Positions 36,060 through 47,359 of a DNA stretch of 64,000 nt are shown one piece after another. How positions within the stretch are numbered: the first letter of the stretch is position 1; each line of letters starts with the position of its first letter. The notes beneath the pieces are model-generated. The model did not search any database, had not been told where the DNA came from, and saw only the letters and a list, made by a program, of their open reading frames with translations. The DNA is taken from assembly GCA_002269645.1 (NCBI GenBank), contig NIVC01000617.1:186001-250000 (forward strand), in the 5' to 3' direction. This DNA is from Macrostomum lignano (lineage: Eukaryota). The position numbers and the translations under genes are program-made.

Positions 36060-36430
36060 TTCTTTTCCTTCGTTTTTATTCCGGTATTTTATTCCTCCTA
36101 ACTCCTCTCCGCTCACTCCTATCTCCTCTCCTCTCCGCTCCCTCCCTACCTCCTCCGCTCGTATCTCCGCTCACTCCTACCTCCTCTCCGCTCACTCCCA
36201 TCCTCTCCTCTCCGCTCCCTCCTGCCTCCTCCGCTCCCTCCTACCTCCTCACCGCTCCCTCCTACCTCCTCCGCTCCCTCTTACCTCCTCACCGCTCCCT
36301 CCTACCTCCTCACCGCTCCCTTCTACCTCCGCTCCCTTTTACCTCCTTTCCGTTCCCTCCTACCTTTTCTTTGTTGTCTCCAACCTCCTCTCCACCCCTC
36401 TGCTCCCTCCTAATGATACCGTCTCTCCGC
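36060..36430. repeat. C/T-rich low-complexity repeat (CCTCCTCCGCT-like)
   Basis: Direct observation downstream of TAF9. Confidence 0.85.
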
Positions 36431-37211
36431 TGTCTCCTACATTCTCTCCGCTCTTTTCTACAATATCTTCGCTTTTCATCTATATTTCTTCCATTGTCTT
36501 ACCCTGTATTTTGCTTCTCTTATCTGAATACGCGTTTATTCCCCATTATTTTCCCTCTGTCTTTTTGTGCATTGTTTGCACTATTGTTACCCTGAAACGC
36601 AGAATCGTATTCTGTTGATCAGTTGTTGCTTTCTTCAATTTTTTTCGCTACTTGTAAATATGAAACATATTCCTAGCAAGGTTTTGTATGATAACTCAGT
36701 TGCTGACCCAATATCGATGGAAAATTACTATTATTAGTTAACCCAAATTTAATCTACATTCACATGTTTTGTCCGTTGTAGCTTTGTATAGCATAGTATT
36801 GTTTTTTAATGTCATAAAGCTCTCATTAACATTATCTAACAGTGAAACTAAATAAATAAATGCCAAACTGTTGACTTCCTTTCTTGTATATTGTTTATTT
36901 CTGCTTTCCGTTTTTACAATAGGAGTGATAGATCGTACCAAACAATACCCTACCCACGTATTTTTTCATCGAACTATGTATAGCAAACGGCAGTGCCACA
37001 AATCAGGGCGACGGGCCACCTGTATCCATTGAGGAGAAGGCAAGCAGTTGTGCTTATTCCGCTTACCCCTGAGAGTGTCTGCGACACACACTGGTTCGTT
37101 GGTCTTGAATTTCCATCCGTTTAAAAACAGTAAAACACTAATCTGTGGGACACACTTGACCTTTTCTAGTATAAGCGTTATGACTTCTAATCAGGTAATA
37201 TTTATTTTCAG

Positions 37212-39635
37212 GAGTCCAAGCTGCCAGAACAGCAACAACAGCAGAGTCAAGAGCAGCAACAGGCAAATCAGCTTCGCAAGTCGCTCTGGTCGTCGTTACG
37301 TCGACTTCGTAACCAAGCGGAACAAGTATTGTTGTTAGGCAACAACGAGGCTATTAATTCCTGTCTGACTAGACTAAATTTCGAAGCCGATCGCCTTGAA
37401 AGCATAGCAAATAATGGTTCTGTATCGGAGTTGTCCAACGACACTGATCTAGAAAAAAAACCTATTGTTAAAGTTGATTTTACAGTTGCCAAAGCATCGG
37501 CTACAAGTATTTCTGCAGATAGTATTGTTACCGAAAACATTGGAGCTACCAACTCTTGTATTAATGAGAATAAAGCAAATGTCACCGAGTTAGACTCCGA
37601 TGTAGTTAAAACATCCTCAGATGCTGATGCTGTGGACAATCCTGAAGACTATATCCGGCATAATGCAGCCAATACCAGTAAAAGTGAAGAAGATAGTAAT
37701 GATGACAGCAAAAGTAATTCAAGCAAGGAAGAAACGATATTTCCCCAATTTGTTGAGCTGATGCCTTCAATAAATGTTGAATCGACAGAGAAGCCAATTG
37801 ATTGGTCAAGCGTTAGTTACGTGACTTCATCGCAGCATGGATTAGCTCTTCTTTGTAGCGACGGGCGTTCATTTATTTGGAAGTTAAGCAGAGCCAAGAA
37901 TAGTTTCGAGCGTGTGTTTGTAGACCTTGAGTTGCTAGCCTTTTTGACTCCGCTTGCATGGCAGCCTCCGATATTTCTCGTTCGCAAGTTACAAGACCAG
38001 TTTGAGCAGTTACGTATTCTGAGGCTTGCTGATGAATCAAAAGTTGAAGTTACGAGCATAGAATTTCCAAAGAATGTTGGTAGACCAATGGCAGCCGATA
38101 GTACTAACATTTTGCTGGATAAAGTCGGTAAATCAAACTGCAGACGGGATCTGCGTGCGCTTATCTTGACCGATAGCGGCCAGTTTTTATCCTTGTCAAT
38201 CGTTGCTTCCAATTCAGGTGTAGAAAATTGTCGCATTTCGACTAATTTAGTCCCTTGCAAAATTGTCACAGACGCGGCTGCTTTGTCATCCATTAAATTG
38301 CGCTGTTTACCATCGATCAATCTTGCAATTATTGTTGACTTTGCTGTTGGAGTGGGTTGCATTGTAGACGCCATCACTGGCATAGAACAGCGACGCTTTG
38401 TCGTTGACTTTCCGTTTGTTGATGCGGTTTCTTTGCCTAAGCTTGTTGCATCGCCTGGTTCCGGTCTGTTTGCAGTTGCCGATGCCAACGGCTGTGTCAG
38501 CCTGCGCGACGCTCAACTCGACGACTGTCCCACGATTGGACGATTCCGACCAATAACATTCAGAGAAATTCTTACAGGTTTGAGCAACTCTGGCGACTCC
38601 ATTCTGTTTATCGACGCCAAAGATGCGTCTAATGGTTCTTTGATTTTGCGTAGCTATAAACAAATAGAATCTGTTGATCCGAATTCTGAGGCTGCGGCTC
38701 TGTGTCGATCGGGAGATAAATTCTGTCTGGTTATGGGTACACTATCGTTGCAATATGGCGGCGATGGCAGTCAAGCCATTGAACTCGCCGCTTCCTTTTG
38801 GCTTCCAGCCACAACATCTTGGCTATCTGTTCTGCGTGTTGATGAAGATGGGCAGCCTACGGAAATGGCTGCTCTGACCAGCGCTGGTGATCTAATGTTG
38901 TCGTCTGGTGTCAATGGAGTTGTTCGGGTTGCTACTGGTCCATCCGTTCGATTAGTTCGTGCTGCAATGTTTAAAACATCTTGTCGGTGTATTGTTGGCA
39001 TGGTCACCGTTTCAACCAAGGAGCCTGAAGTTCTGCGCTTATTCGATTCGACCAGGGGTTTTGCTTCGTCTAAAATGCTTGGTGGAGAAATCGTCGCTCT
39101 TTCAATCTCATCGGAGCTTAATCGCGTCTTTGTCGCATTAGCGCGTTCAGCTTCTCTTGCTCCTGGTGTTTCTGTCGCTTACATTCGTGTTGTCGCTTTG
39201 CGTGTCCGCGCCACAGCTGGAGGTATTTGTTTAGCGAATGATTTGCCACCAGATGTCTTATTTTCGACCGAAAAAAATAAATTACCGGTTGACATGTGCT
39301 GCCTTCCTAATGGTGGCCTAATCCTATTGGCTTATATCGATGCTGTTGATGTGCACGATTGTTTCGACGGTCGGTATCTGAGGAGTATTGATTTAAGTTC
39401 TACGCCGTTTTTACCTTGGCCGCCTCAGCAGCAAGTTTTGAGTCCACTCGGTGAAGCTTCAAGCTGTGCAATTTTAGTCAGTGGCGATCAGATTAAGTTT
39501 TTTGCCAATCTTGACTCTGAGATTAAAGATGAGGATGATGAGGATGATGTTATAGTTTGCAACAGAGACGTGTATTTGACACCGATGTCAGAAAAACCAA
39601 CTGGTCACTTGCCGGATTCCTCGACGGTTGTTTAA
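37212..39635 (+). CDS. Unknown protein, large exon (about 800 codons): Q-rich/coiled-coil start, acidic linker, then probable beta-rich repeat region
   Basis: Stop-free 2.4-kb frame in non-repetitive sequence, opened by acceptor tttattttcag|GAG at 37211 (phase 0). A possible upstream exon lies at about 36982-37039 with a GC donor AAG|GCAAGC. No family recognised. Confidence 0.75.
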   Translation, partial: ESKLPEQQQQQSQEQQQANQLRKSLWSSLRRLRNQAEQVLLLGNNEAINSCLTRLNFEADRLESIANNGSVSELSNDTDLEKKPIVKVDFTVAKASATSISADSIVTENIGATNSCINENKANVTELDSDVVKTSSDADAVDNPEDYIRHNAANTSKSEEDSNDDSKSNSSKEETIFPQFVELMPSINVESTEKPIDWSSVSYVTSSQHGLALLCSDGRSFIWKLSRAKNSFERVFVDLELLAFLTPLAWQPPIFLVRKLQDQFEQLRILRLADESKVEVTSIEFPKNVGRPMAADSTNILLDKVGKSNCRRDLRALILTDSGQFLSLSIVASNSGVENCRISTNLVPCKIVTDAAALSSIKLRCLPSINLAIIVDFAVGVGCIVDAITGIEQRRFVVDFPFVDAVSLPKLVASPGSGLFAVADANGCVSLRDAQLDDCPTIGRFRPITFREILTGLSNSGDSILFIDAKDASNGSLILRSYKQIESVDPNSEAAALCRSGDKFCLVMGTLSLQYGGDGSQAIELAASFWLPATTSWLSVLRVDEDGQPTEMAALTSAGDLMLSSGVNGVVRVATGPSVRLVRAAMFKTSCRCIVGMVTVSTKEPEVLRLFDSTRGFASSKMLGGEIVALSISSELNRVFVALARSASLAPGVSVAYIRVVALRVRATAGGICLANDLPPDVLFSTEKNKLPVDMCCLPNGGLILLAYIDAVDVHDCFDGRYLRSIDLSSTPFLPWPPQQQVLSPLGEASSCAILVSGDQIKFFANLDSEIKDEDDEDDVIVCNRDVYLTPMSEKPTGHLPDSSTVV

Positions 39636-39664
39636 TTTGCGCAAATTTTCGAAAAGAGTCATTA

Positions 39665-41833
39665 ATGGAAGAGAATGCCGAAAAGTTCACTAATGTTAAG
39701 CTACTTTCGCTTAATAGTCTACACTTTAGCACTTCTAAATTCCTTAACCCGGTGGTGTATCTGTCGGAAATGGCAACGCCTGATCCGGAGTACAATAATC
39801 TAATTCGCCGCGTCTCCAATAGTGTCTTTGAGCTACACCTTCCAGGTTCTGAAACCTGTCGTATTGAGGAGTGTCCGATGGGCGTGTCGCTATGTTTAAC
39901 CAAAGCTGTCAATACCAACACCGATATTTTTTGGCTTTTTGCTATTTGGGGTCCCCTCGATTTCAATCACGGCCTCTCCAACACAGGTTTCGTCTCTATT
40001 AGGCATTTTACAATAGCTGACATATCTTTTCTACTCTTATCAAATGATGTGATTACATTCGACAAACTTTTTACCCGACCGGCTTTAGATCACGCCGGTG
40101 TCGACATAAGCTTAGCGGCGCCTCCCATAGTTGACTTTCGTTGCCAAATGCTTGCTGCGGCATCCACACCGCTTGGGAGACATTGCCTCGTCTGGATTGT
40201 TGATCCATCAGGCCGCACCGTTAATACGCCACGCAAATTTCTTGTTCCCGACGCTTTGGCTGGAAACACAGATGTCGGCACTCTTCGCTCGGTTTTAGTT
40301 ACTGACGCCGGAGTGCTTCTATTCAATGAACGGCGTATTTTATTGTTATCACATGGCTCATTTGCACCATTGATACGTCTAAAGCTTTGCGCCCATTCTC
40401 CAGCTATTTCAACAGTATCACGAAATCAGTTCAATAAGCAGCAGTTCTCAGTCATTTTTTCGGACAGTCGACAAGCATTAGTCCTAGCACCGAGCTTACT
40501 TCACGTGGAAGCTTCAGGTAGCACCGAATATTGCTTAGTTTCGCTTGATCCTTTACCGATTTCCGGAATTCAAATTGATCTTGACAGCGAAAAAGTGTCA
40601 CCTCCGCCACTTTTATCAGTTAGCTGTGTACCTTGTTCATCTAGAATTTTTTACTACACTACTTACTCCTTACAACAAAAGACCGACTCCGACGGTAGCG
40701 GTTCTTCTATTGTGTCTGTTCGATCCGGTAATTCAAATTCAGCCGGTGCTCGACTTAACTGTCGCCAGATTGCTTGGACGTCACGCATCGATCACTTGGC
40801 CGGTCTGCCAGCCTCTATGCCAGTTGATGGCGGCAGCTTTGATGACTTAGTAGTTGACAGCCGAGAGCCACCAATAATTCTTGCAGCCGATAGCACCGGT
40901 TCGCTTCTATTGATGCTACCCAGCAGCGGTCGCGTTTCGGATTATCGTCAGTTGTTCGCTCCACTTCGTCGACTAAGCGTTGGTGTCTATCGCAATCGTG
41001 TGTTTGCTATGTGCATCCTAGAACCACATGGAGTCGTTGTAGCCGTAGGCATCGATCTAGCCAGCGGTCGCTTTGATGCCAAAGAGCCTATACTGCTTGG
41101 AGTAAAGGCCGGGCCCGCTGGACTAGCCTTAGTTGGCGACGCATTCTATTTAGCTTTTGTCGACGCTTCCGATGCTGATGCGCGTCGATGCTGTCTTTGT
41201 GTATTACAAAAGTTTTCGTCTAATTCGGCTGGTACTAATCAATTTTTGCCTCATTTGCCAGCTAATCGGCCTCCAATTCGCGATTTGGCCACTGCTGGTG
41301 TGGATTATTCTGGCACAAATCGCCGCCTATTAATACTTGACGCTGGCGGCATCGTTATCTGGGACGTAGGTTTGCCGGCATGTCGCCTATTGACAGTTTT
41401 ATTGCCGCCGCCCGATTTGCGCGTACTAGCTATGTGTCCGGCTGCTTGCCAGAATCCACTTACAACTGTTGCTTATCCAGAGCGGCGTCTATTCCTTGTT
41501 TACGAAAATGTCAAAGAAACCGAACCTAGAGGTCCTAATAATAATGACAATAATTCATATAATAAGGTCAAAAGTTGCTCAGTTGGATTCATTCATTTGC
41601 CTCATCCGCCAGTTCCTCAGCCGAATGTGCCACCACACCTTCGATCTCAGCTGCGTCCTAATTTGCTAATGCAACAGCAACTGCAGCAACCAGTACTTTT
41701 TTCTACTGGAAATCATTCGTTACTTCCTCGATTGCCAGATTCTGCTAGTTGGATGGCAACCAGCCAATCGGCTCAATGGTCAGTTAGACCAGTATTGCCC
41801 GCTGTTAGCAATCCAGTTTGGCGACCTTTATGA
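39665..41833 (+). CDS. Unknown protein (722 aa from ATG 39665), beta-rich with P/Q-rich C-terminus; may be the continuation of the preceding ORF
   Basis: Stop-free 2.2-kb frame in non-repetitive sequence; the open frame overlaps the previous ORF by 79 nt in a different frame. Confidence 0.75.
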   Translation: MEENAEKFTNVKLLSLNSLHFSTSKFLNPVVYLSEMATPDPEYNNLIRRVSNSVFELHLPGSETCRIEECPMGVSLCLTKAVNTNTDIFWLFAIWGPLDFNHGLSNTGFVSIRHFTIADISFLLLSNDVITFDKLFTRPALDHAGVDISLAAPPIVDFRCQMLAAASTPLGRHCLVWIVDPSGRTVNTPRKFLVPDALAGNTDVGTLRSVLVTDAGVLLFNERRILLLSHGSFAPLIRLKLCAHSPAISTVSRNQFNKQQFSVIFSDSRQALVLAPSLLHVEASGSTEYCLVSLDPLPISGIQIDLDSEKVSPPPLLSVSCVPCSSRIFYYTTYSLQQKTDSDGSGSSIVSVRSGNSNSAGARLNCRQIAWTSRIDHLAGLPASMPVDGGSFDDLVVDSREPPIILAADSTGSLLLMLPSSGRVSDYRQLFAPLRRLSVGVYRNRVFAMCILEPHGVVVAVGIDLASGRFDAKEPILLGVKAGPAGLALVGDAFYLAFVDASDADARRCCLCVLQKFSSNSAGTNQFLPHLPANRPPIRDLATAGVDYSGTNRRLLILDAGGIVIWDVGLPACRLLTVLLPPPDLRVLAMCPAACQNPLTTVAYPERRLFLVYENVKETEPRGPNNNDNNSYNKVKSCSVGFIHLPHPPVPQPNVPPHLRSQLRPNLLMQQQLQQPVLFSTGNHSLLPRLPDSASWMATSQSAQWSVRPVLPAVSNPVWRPL

Positions 41834-43737
41834 GCGGGTTATTTATTATTATCGACAGCTTGCTAAAAACTGCTTTCGTAATTAAGTAACTAAACCTTTT
41901 TTGCGTCCAAGTTATTCACTGATATGATTTAAATCCTAGCTATTTCGTGTTTTTTAGAATTTAGATTGCTTTTTATCATGTAGCTGAGGGAAATAATGGC
42001 CAAAATACTAGTGCGTGTGATATGAGTGCGTGAACTGGCCATTGTTTAACAAAATTGCTACCAACTAAATGTGTATTGTACCGGTATCTGTAATTTGCTC
42101 CGCACAGATAGACACAATAAAGATGTGAGAGTAGTCACGTGATGAAAAGTGTAAATGGGATAGGCGGGATAGCTATACATCAGGGAGCAACTGTGAAAAT
42201 ATGAAAATAACTTATATTGTGTGTGGGTAAACATCTATTTAACAGTGTGTTTATAGCTAATCATAATCTGTCGGAAAGGCTCTAAGCCACAGTGCGTTAT
42301 TACGTGTATATTATGCTATATTTCCCATATTTTTATCCATTTTATTGTCCTCACAGCGGTATTTTTTAACTATACCTGCTTTCAGTATATAATATACATA
42401 CGAACGTGTCTGTGGTTTTTTCATTTTTAGTCAATTTTTAAGGTTTTTCATCATTTTTTATAACTTAAAAACTCGGCAACATTGAAAACCGTTAACTTAG
42501 ACCCACACCTTAGTGCCCCTGAGCCAGGGTTGGAAAACCTTGCGTCATTGCAGTGTAGTGAGCCGAAGTCAATCTCTCTGCCAATGCTCTTGGGTGGCGG
42601 TTTTTGATGTTGCTGAGTGTACGTTTTTCAGCTTTTTTGACAGATTTTTTTCTACAAATTAGACTTTTTCTTACTTATTTATATACGAGCCTTTTAAAAG
42701 TCAAAGTGCCAACCGCGCGTGCTTAGTCAAAGAAGACAACTTCTCATTCAAAATTCAACCCACATTATGAAGTTACACACACATTAACGCCTCGAACTTT
42801 GAAAAAGGGGTGACAGTCCAGACAGCACAGATTTTTCAAGCAATGTCGACTCGCGTGGAGGGTGGCACTTCAGACTGTTGTTGGGTATACTTCTGCGCTA
42901 ACTACTGAAAATCTGAGTCTTCTGCTTAATTATCACCTACGCTTTAGTTGATATGATATTTACTAAAATTTGTTTCTGAGATTGGAAGCCTGGAATGGGA
43001 ACTATTCGTTAACCGCACCAATTGCTAGGCCATTGAATATCTATTAGTGTTAACTAATTATTTAATTGAACATTTTTATTGCATCCGTCTCGTGCACCTA
43101 TGAAATAAGACTGGTAATTGAAAAATACAGACATATAAAGTGACAAATTTCTTGCGTCTTTCCTTTTTCCACTCTCGAGAAAGAGTTTCGTTCAGTTTAA
43201 GTTCATTTTTACTAACTTTCAGACCGTGTGTAGGACTGTAGGTCTTGTATGTTGTGTTGCTAAAAATAGTACAAATACTTATAGGCTAAAGGTCTATGTG
43301 GAAGCTTCTTGTGGATGCTGAATGTCCATTTTTAGATTTTAGCACAAAGTAACTAGCTACTTCTTAGTGTAATGAGAATTGTAAGAATGTATGCTTTTTA
43401 GCGACAGCTTCTATTATTTGGCTGTATTCTGGGGTTCTGAAAAACACAAAATAGTTCACCAAATGCAGTTTTTTAATGTCGGCTTTGCTTGATAAGCACT
43501 GAACCGTATAATCGCCTTTGGCTAACTAAATTATTATGAATAGAAAATGTAATGAAGTCTACTAAATTTGATGTGTATTGAAGAAGTGATCCTTCTATAT
43601 GGGCTTGGTATAGAGCACTTGTGAAAACATTAGACTTTAATGATTGCAAGCATAAAATGTTCTTCCTATAAGGCATAAAAGTTATCAATAAGCCCGATGA
43701 TTTCTCATTAACACTCGCAAAGCATGAGTATTACTAT

Positions 43738-44009
43738 TATTGTGCCATAGACATTTGTGTCCTTGACAAAGTGGGACAGAATAATCTGGCGTTAAATGTC
43801 ATTGTACCATGACCTTTGTGCCCGCTGGGCACTTATTTTTGCCTTTTAATGCCATAGACTACGTTTAAGGTCATGGTACAATAGTACATTTAACGCCCGA
43901 TTGTCTATGTCAAACTTACTTTGATGCAAATTAGCGGGAAGTTAATGACATTTAACGCCCGATTACTCTGTCCCACTTTGTCAAGGACACAAATGTCTAT
44001 GGCACAATA
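43738..44009. mobile_element. MITE-like element with ~66-bp terminal inverted repeats and an inner inverted repeat
   Basis: TATTGTGCCATAGACATTTGTGTCCTTGACAAAGTGGGACAG...GGCGTTAAATGTCATT (43738-43803) is mirrored at 43944-44009. Inner pair ATTGTACCATGACCT/AGGTCATGGTACAAT (43801-43815, 43868-43882). Confidence 0.7.
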
Positions 44010-44117
44010 GTATACATAGATACTAGAATGCCACTTGGGGTTAAGGCATATGGGGTTAAGGATGAACGTACGAAAGACGTCAAGACACAAGACGTACGAA
44101 ACTCAGCCTAAGGGGCA

Positions 44118-44142
44118 GGCCCAATCTAGCTCAGCCAATGAG
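44118..44142 (+). promoter_or_regulatory. Paired CCAAT boxes upstream of PDK
   Basis: GCCCAATC and AGCCAATGA lie about 170-190 nt upstream of the PDK ATG. Motif evidence only. Confidence 0.4.
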
Positions 44143-44308
44143 AGAGCGGTAAGGAGCGAGTTCAAATTTAGACAAAACCAAGCAAAATGCTAATCCTGCT
44201 ACTAAAAAGAGTAGATCAGTGCAGTTGTTTTTAACAAAATTACTATTGTGTTTATTCTGAATTACAGTTAAACCGCTTAAACAGCCAGCTAAGCCGGTGC
44301 AGATCGTG

Positions 44309-47124
44309 ATGCGTTTAACCTTGCTAAGACTGAAGCAATTCTCCGATCATGTTGCTAAAGAATTTGTCAAATATGGCTCCTATTCGCCGACGCCAATGTC
44401 TATTAGTAAACTGCTGCACTTTGGTAAGATTTCTATTGTAATTTTGTTTTAGTTATAGTGTAGTTTTTTACGTTCTTATTTTGCTTATTTTAGTTTGTAG
44501 CCTGTCTTCTGGAACTATTTATTTATTGTTTATTTTCAAGTTTATAACCATAAAATTGTGATTACCAGCTTCAGCAATGTTTATATTGGTATATAGCACA
44601 GATATACTAGAATAACTAGATGGGCCAGTCAGCACATTTGCGTGTAAGCTACTTGCAGTTCAGTAGTGAGTTAAACAAAAGCATTTTAATGTATTTTAAA
44701 GCCAAGGCTCATTTATTGGCTTTTACCCGCCAGCCTCAACACTCCAACGGCGCCTTTCCACACCACCCCCGTCCCCCACCCCGCCCCAATTTTTATTGCC
44801 CTTCTCGGAATTCCAGCCTAAAGCTGCCATGTACATTTCACTGGACTGGCCAATGTACATTATTGCTGAATCAATTAGCAAGTTGTTTACGCCTGCAAGC
44901 TTGTTGGGCTTCTGAAGTTATCAAAGTCATTTCAGCTGCCTTTATTTTTATAAAATAGCTTAAGTATTCTTTTTTGCTACTGAACTGAAAGTAGAAAGCT
45001 GTTTTATATAAGCCTGAGTAGCCTATCTAGTTATTTTAGTATCTATGGTATATAGCTAATTTCACATATCAATAATTACGAGAGGCTTTCCAAAATTTCT
45101 CAGACTTTTCCCTATACCTACAGGTCGAAATCCGTCCCAGGAGAATTCATTTAAATTCCTTCGCCACGAGGTGCCAGTACGTTTAGCCAATATAATGCAA
45201 GAGATTCACCTACTGCCAGAGAGTCTGGTCACCATGCCGTCAACTAAAACAGTGATTGGTTTGTACAAGCAGAGCTTCCTTGATATGCTAGCTTTCAAGG
45301 ACGAACCCAAGCGTCCTAGCGATGGACGTTTGACCGACTTCACTGAGACATTGGCTCAAATTCTTGAACGCCATCGGGAAGTTGTTGAGACCATGGCTCA
45401 AGGCGTATTAGAACTTAAAGAGCGAGAAGGCGACCTGGATACCCAGACGGAAGCTCAGGTGCAGTACTTCCTGGATCGATTCTATATGAGTCGAATTAGT
45501 ATTCGAATGTTGATTAGTCAGCACGGTGAGTTACAGACGGATGTATTCTTATATGCATTCATCTGATGGGGTCCTTGTTACTAAGAGGGGGGGGGTAGAA
45601 AAAATCTTGTTTCTGTGTCTGTTTTTTTCTTGTGAACACTACTTGAGGTAAATTCCGTTACTATGGATGTACTAGGGAAATACCCGGTGCTAAGGATGTT
45701 AGGAAAATCCCCGTTGCTAAGGATTTTAAGAAAATCCCCGTTGCTAAGGATGTTAGGGAAATCCGCGTTGCTAAGGATGTTAGGGAAATCCCCGTTGCTA
45801 TGGATGTACTAGGGAAATCCCCGTTGCTAAGGATGTTAGGGAAATGCCCGTTGTTATGGATGTTAGGAAAATCCCCGTTACTATAGATGTACTAGGGAAA
45901 TCCCCGTTACTATGGATTACTAGGGAAATCCCCGTTACTATAGATGTACTAGGGAAATCCCGTTGCTGTTTATGTACTAGGGAAATCCCTGTTACTATGG
46001 ATGTACTAGGGAAATCCCCGTTGCTATGAATGTACTAGAAAAATCCCCGTTGCTATGTGATTGATCCACAGGAAGCTCAAAAGACAAAGCTAAGGGGACT
46101 ATAACTATCGTTTGCTTAAATAATGCTAGATAAATTCCCGTTTCTATGGGACTTTACAGTGATTTTATTCGGCCCGGATCTTCGCAACAACCGACAGATT
46201 GGCAGTATAGATCCTCACTGCGACATTATGAGCGTAATTGACCACGCCTACAATAGTGCCAGATTCTTGTGCGAACAGTTTTACCTGACTGCGCCGTCCA
46301 TGACTACTCAGGTGATTGGCCTGGACAAGACCACCGAGTTTGCTTATGTGCCGTCGCATCTCTATCATATGGTGTTCGAAATTATTAAAAATTCTATGCG
46401 AGCCTTGGTTGAAAAGAATGAGGATAACATGCCGCCTATTCACGTTATGATCTGCGTTGGTAAAGAGGATTTGACAATTCGGGTGAGTTGTTTCGTTAAG
46501 ACTAATCGAGACAAACTCGACCACCTGTGACAGCTTCTTGGAATAGAAAATAATATAGCTTGTATTTGAAAAAGCAATCAACATTCTAAAGATATAGGGC
46601 CGTTTTTAGCAATGTCTGTTGGAAATGGGCCGTTTTAACAATGTCTGTTTAAAATGGGCCGTTTTAACAATGTCTGTTTAAAATGGGCCGTTTTAACAAT
46701 GTCTGTTTAAAATGGGCCGTTTTAACAATGTACCCTTCGCAACTGCAAACCCTCCCTCACCTCGCCGCTTCAGGTGTCGGACCAAGGCGGCGGTATCGCC
46801 CGTTCTGAGCTGCCGCTAGTGTTCAAATACACGTACACCACCGCTTCGCCTGTGAGCCCGTCATCGTCTACTGGGCCGCCTCTAGCTGGCTACGGCTATG
46901 GCCTGCCGCTATCGCGCATCTACGCCCGCTATTTGCACGGCGAACTAGCCCTAGCCAGCGTTGAAGGCTACGGCACAGATGCTTATATCTATTTAAAGAA
47001 ATCTAGCGACGAAGCTAACGAACTATTGCCAGTGTTTAATATCACATCGGCTAAACGGTATACAGCGAATCTGCCAGTGCCAGACTGGAGTAATCCATCG
47101 CTGAGCAATCAGTTTCGTTTGTGA
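44309..47124 (+). CDS. PDK: Mitochondrial pyruvate dehydrogenase kinase, 396 aa; exons 44309-44423, 45124-45525, 46160-46482, 46774-47124
   Basis: YSPTPMS...LLHFG, FLRHEVPVRLANIMQEI, FLDRFY.SRISIRMLI.QH, IG.IDP.C, YVPSHLYHM.FEI.KNSMRA, SDQGGG, LAGYGYGLPLSR.YARY..G, GYGTDAYIYL. All introns are GT-AG and in phase (1191 nt total). Confidence 0.98.
45650..46060. repeat. 27-28-bp minisatellite in PDK intron 2 (GGGAAATCCCCGTTGCTAAGGATGTTA)n
   Basis: Direct periodicity. Confidence 0.93.
46595..46730. repeat. 29-bp minisatellite in PDK intron 3 (AAATGGGCCGTTTTAACAATGTCTGTTTA)n
   Basis: About 4.5 copies. Confidence 0.93.
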
Positions 47125-47227
47125 AGCTGAAATAGTGCTTTGTTCGACCTAGTGAAACTATTAGTAGTATATAGATAACTATTTAGCAACTGTGAGTATT
47201 TGATGGATGTCTTTTGCTTCTTTAAAT

Positions 47228-47233
47228 AATAAA
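47228..47233 (+). terminator. Candidate PDK polyadenylation signal AATAAA
   Basis: About 100 nt after the PDK stop and followed by a T-rich tract. Confidence 0.45.
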
Positions 47234-47359
47234 ATAGAGACTTTGTCCATTTTTTGTTTCGATATTAGTAATATACCGGTTGAAAGCGCATTCAATGACG
47301 TGTGAATGAGTCGCTTAAAATGCATTAAAAAGGGCGTTTAAAAACGGAGCTTTAAGTTA

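Noticed and set aside
35974-37200. AK6/CINAP exons sharing the TAF9 locus as in vertebrates
   Set aside because: No adenylate kinase motifs (e.g. GTPGxGK) were seen downstream.
39557-39635. Programmed -1 frameshift between the orphan ORFs
   Set aside because: GAAAAAC is not in the ORF1 frame required for a canonical slippery heptamer, and no clear downstream stimulator was seen.
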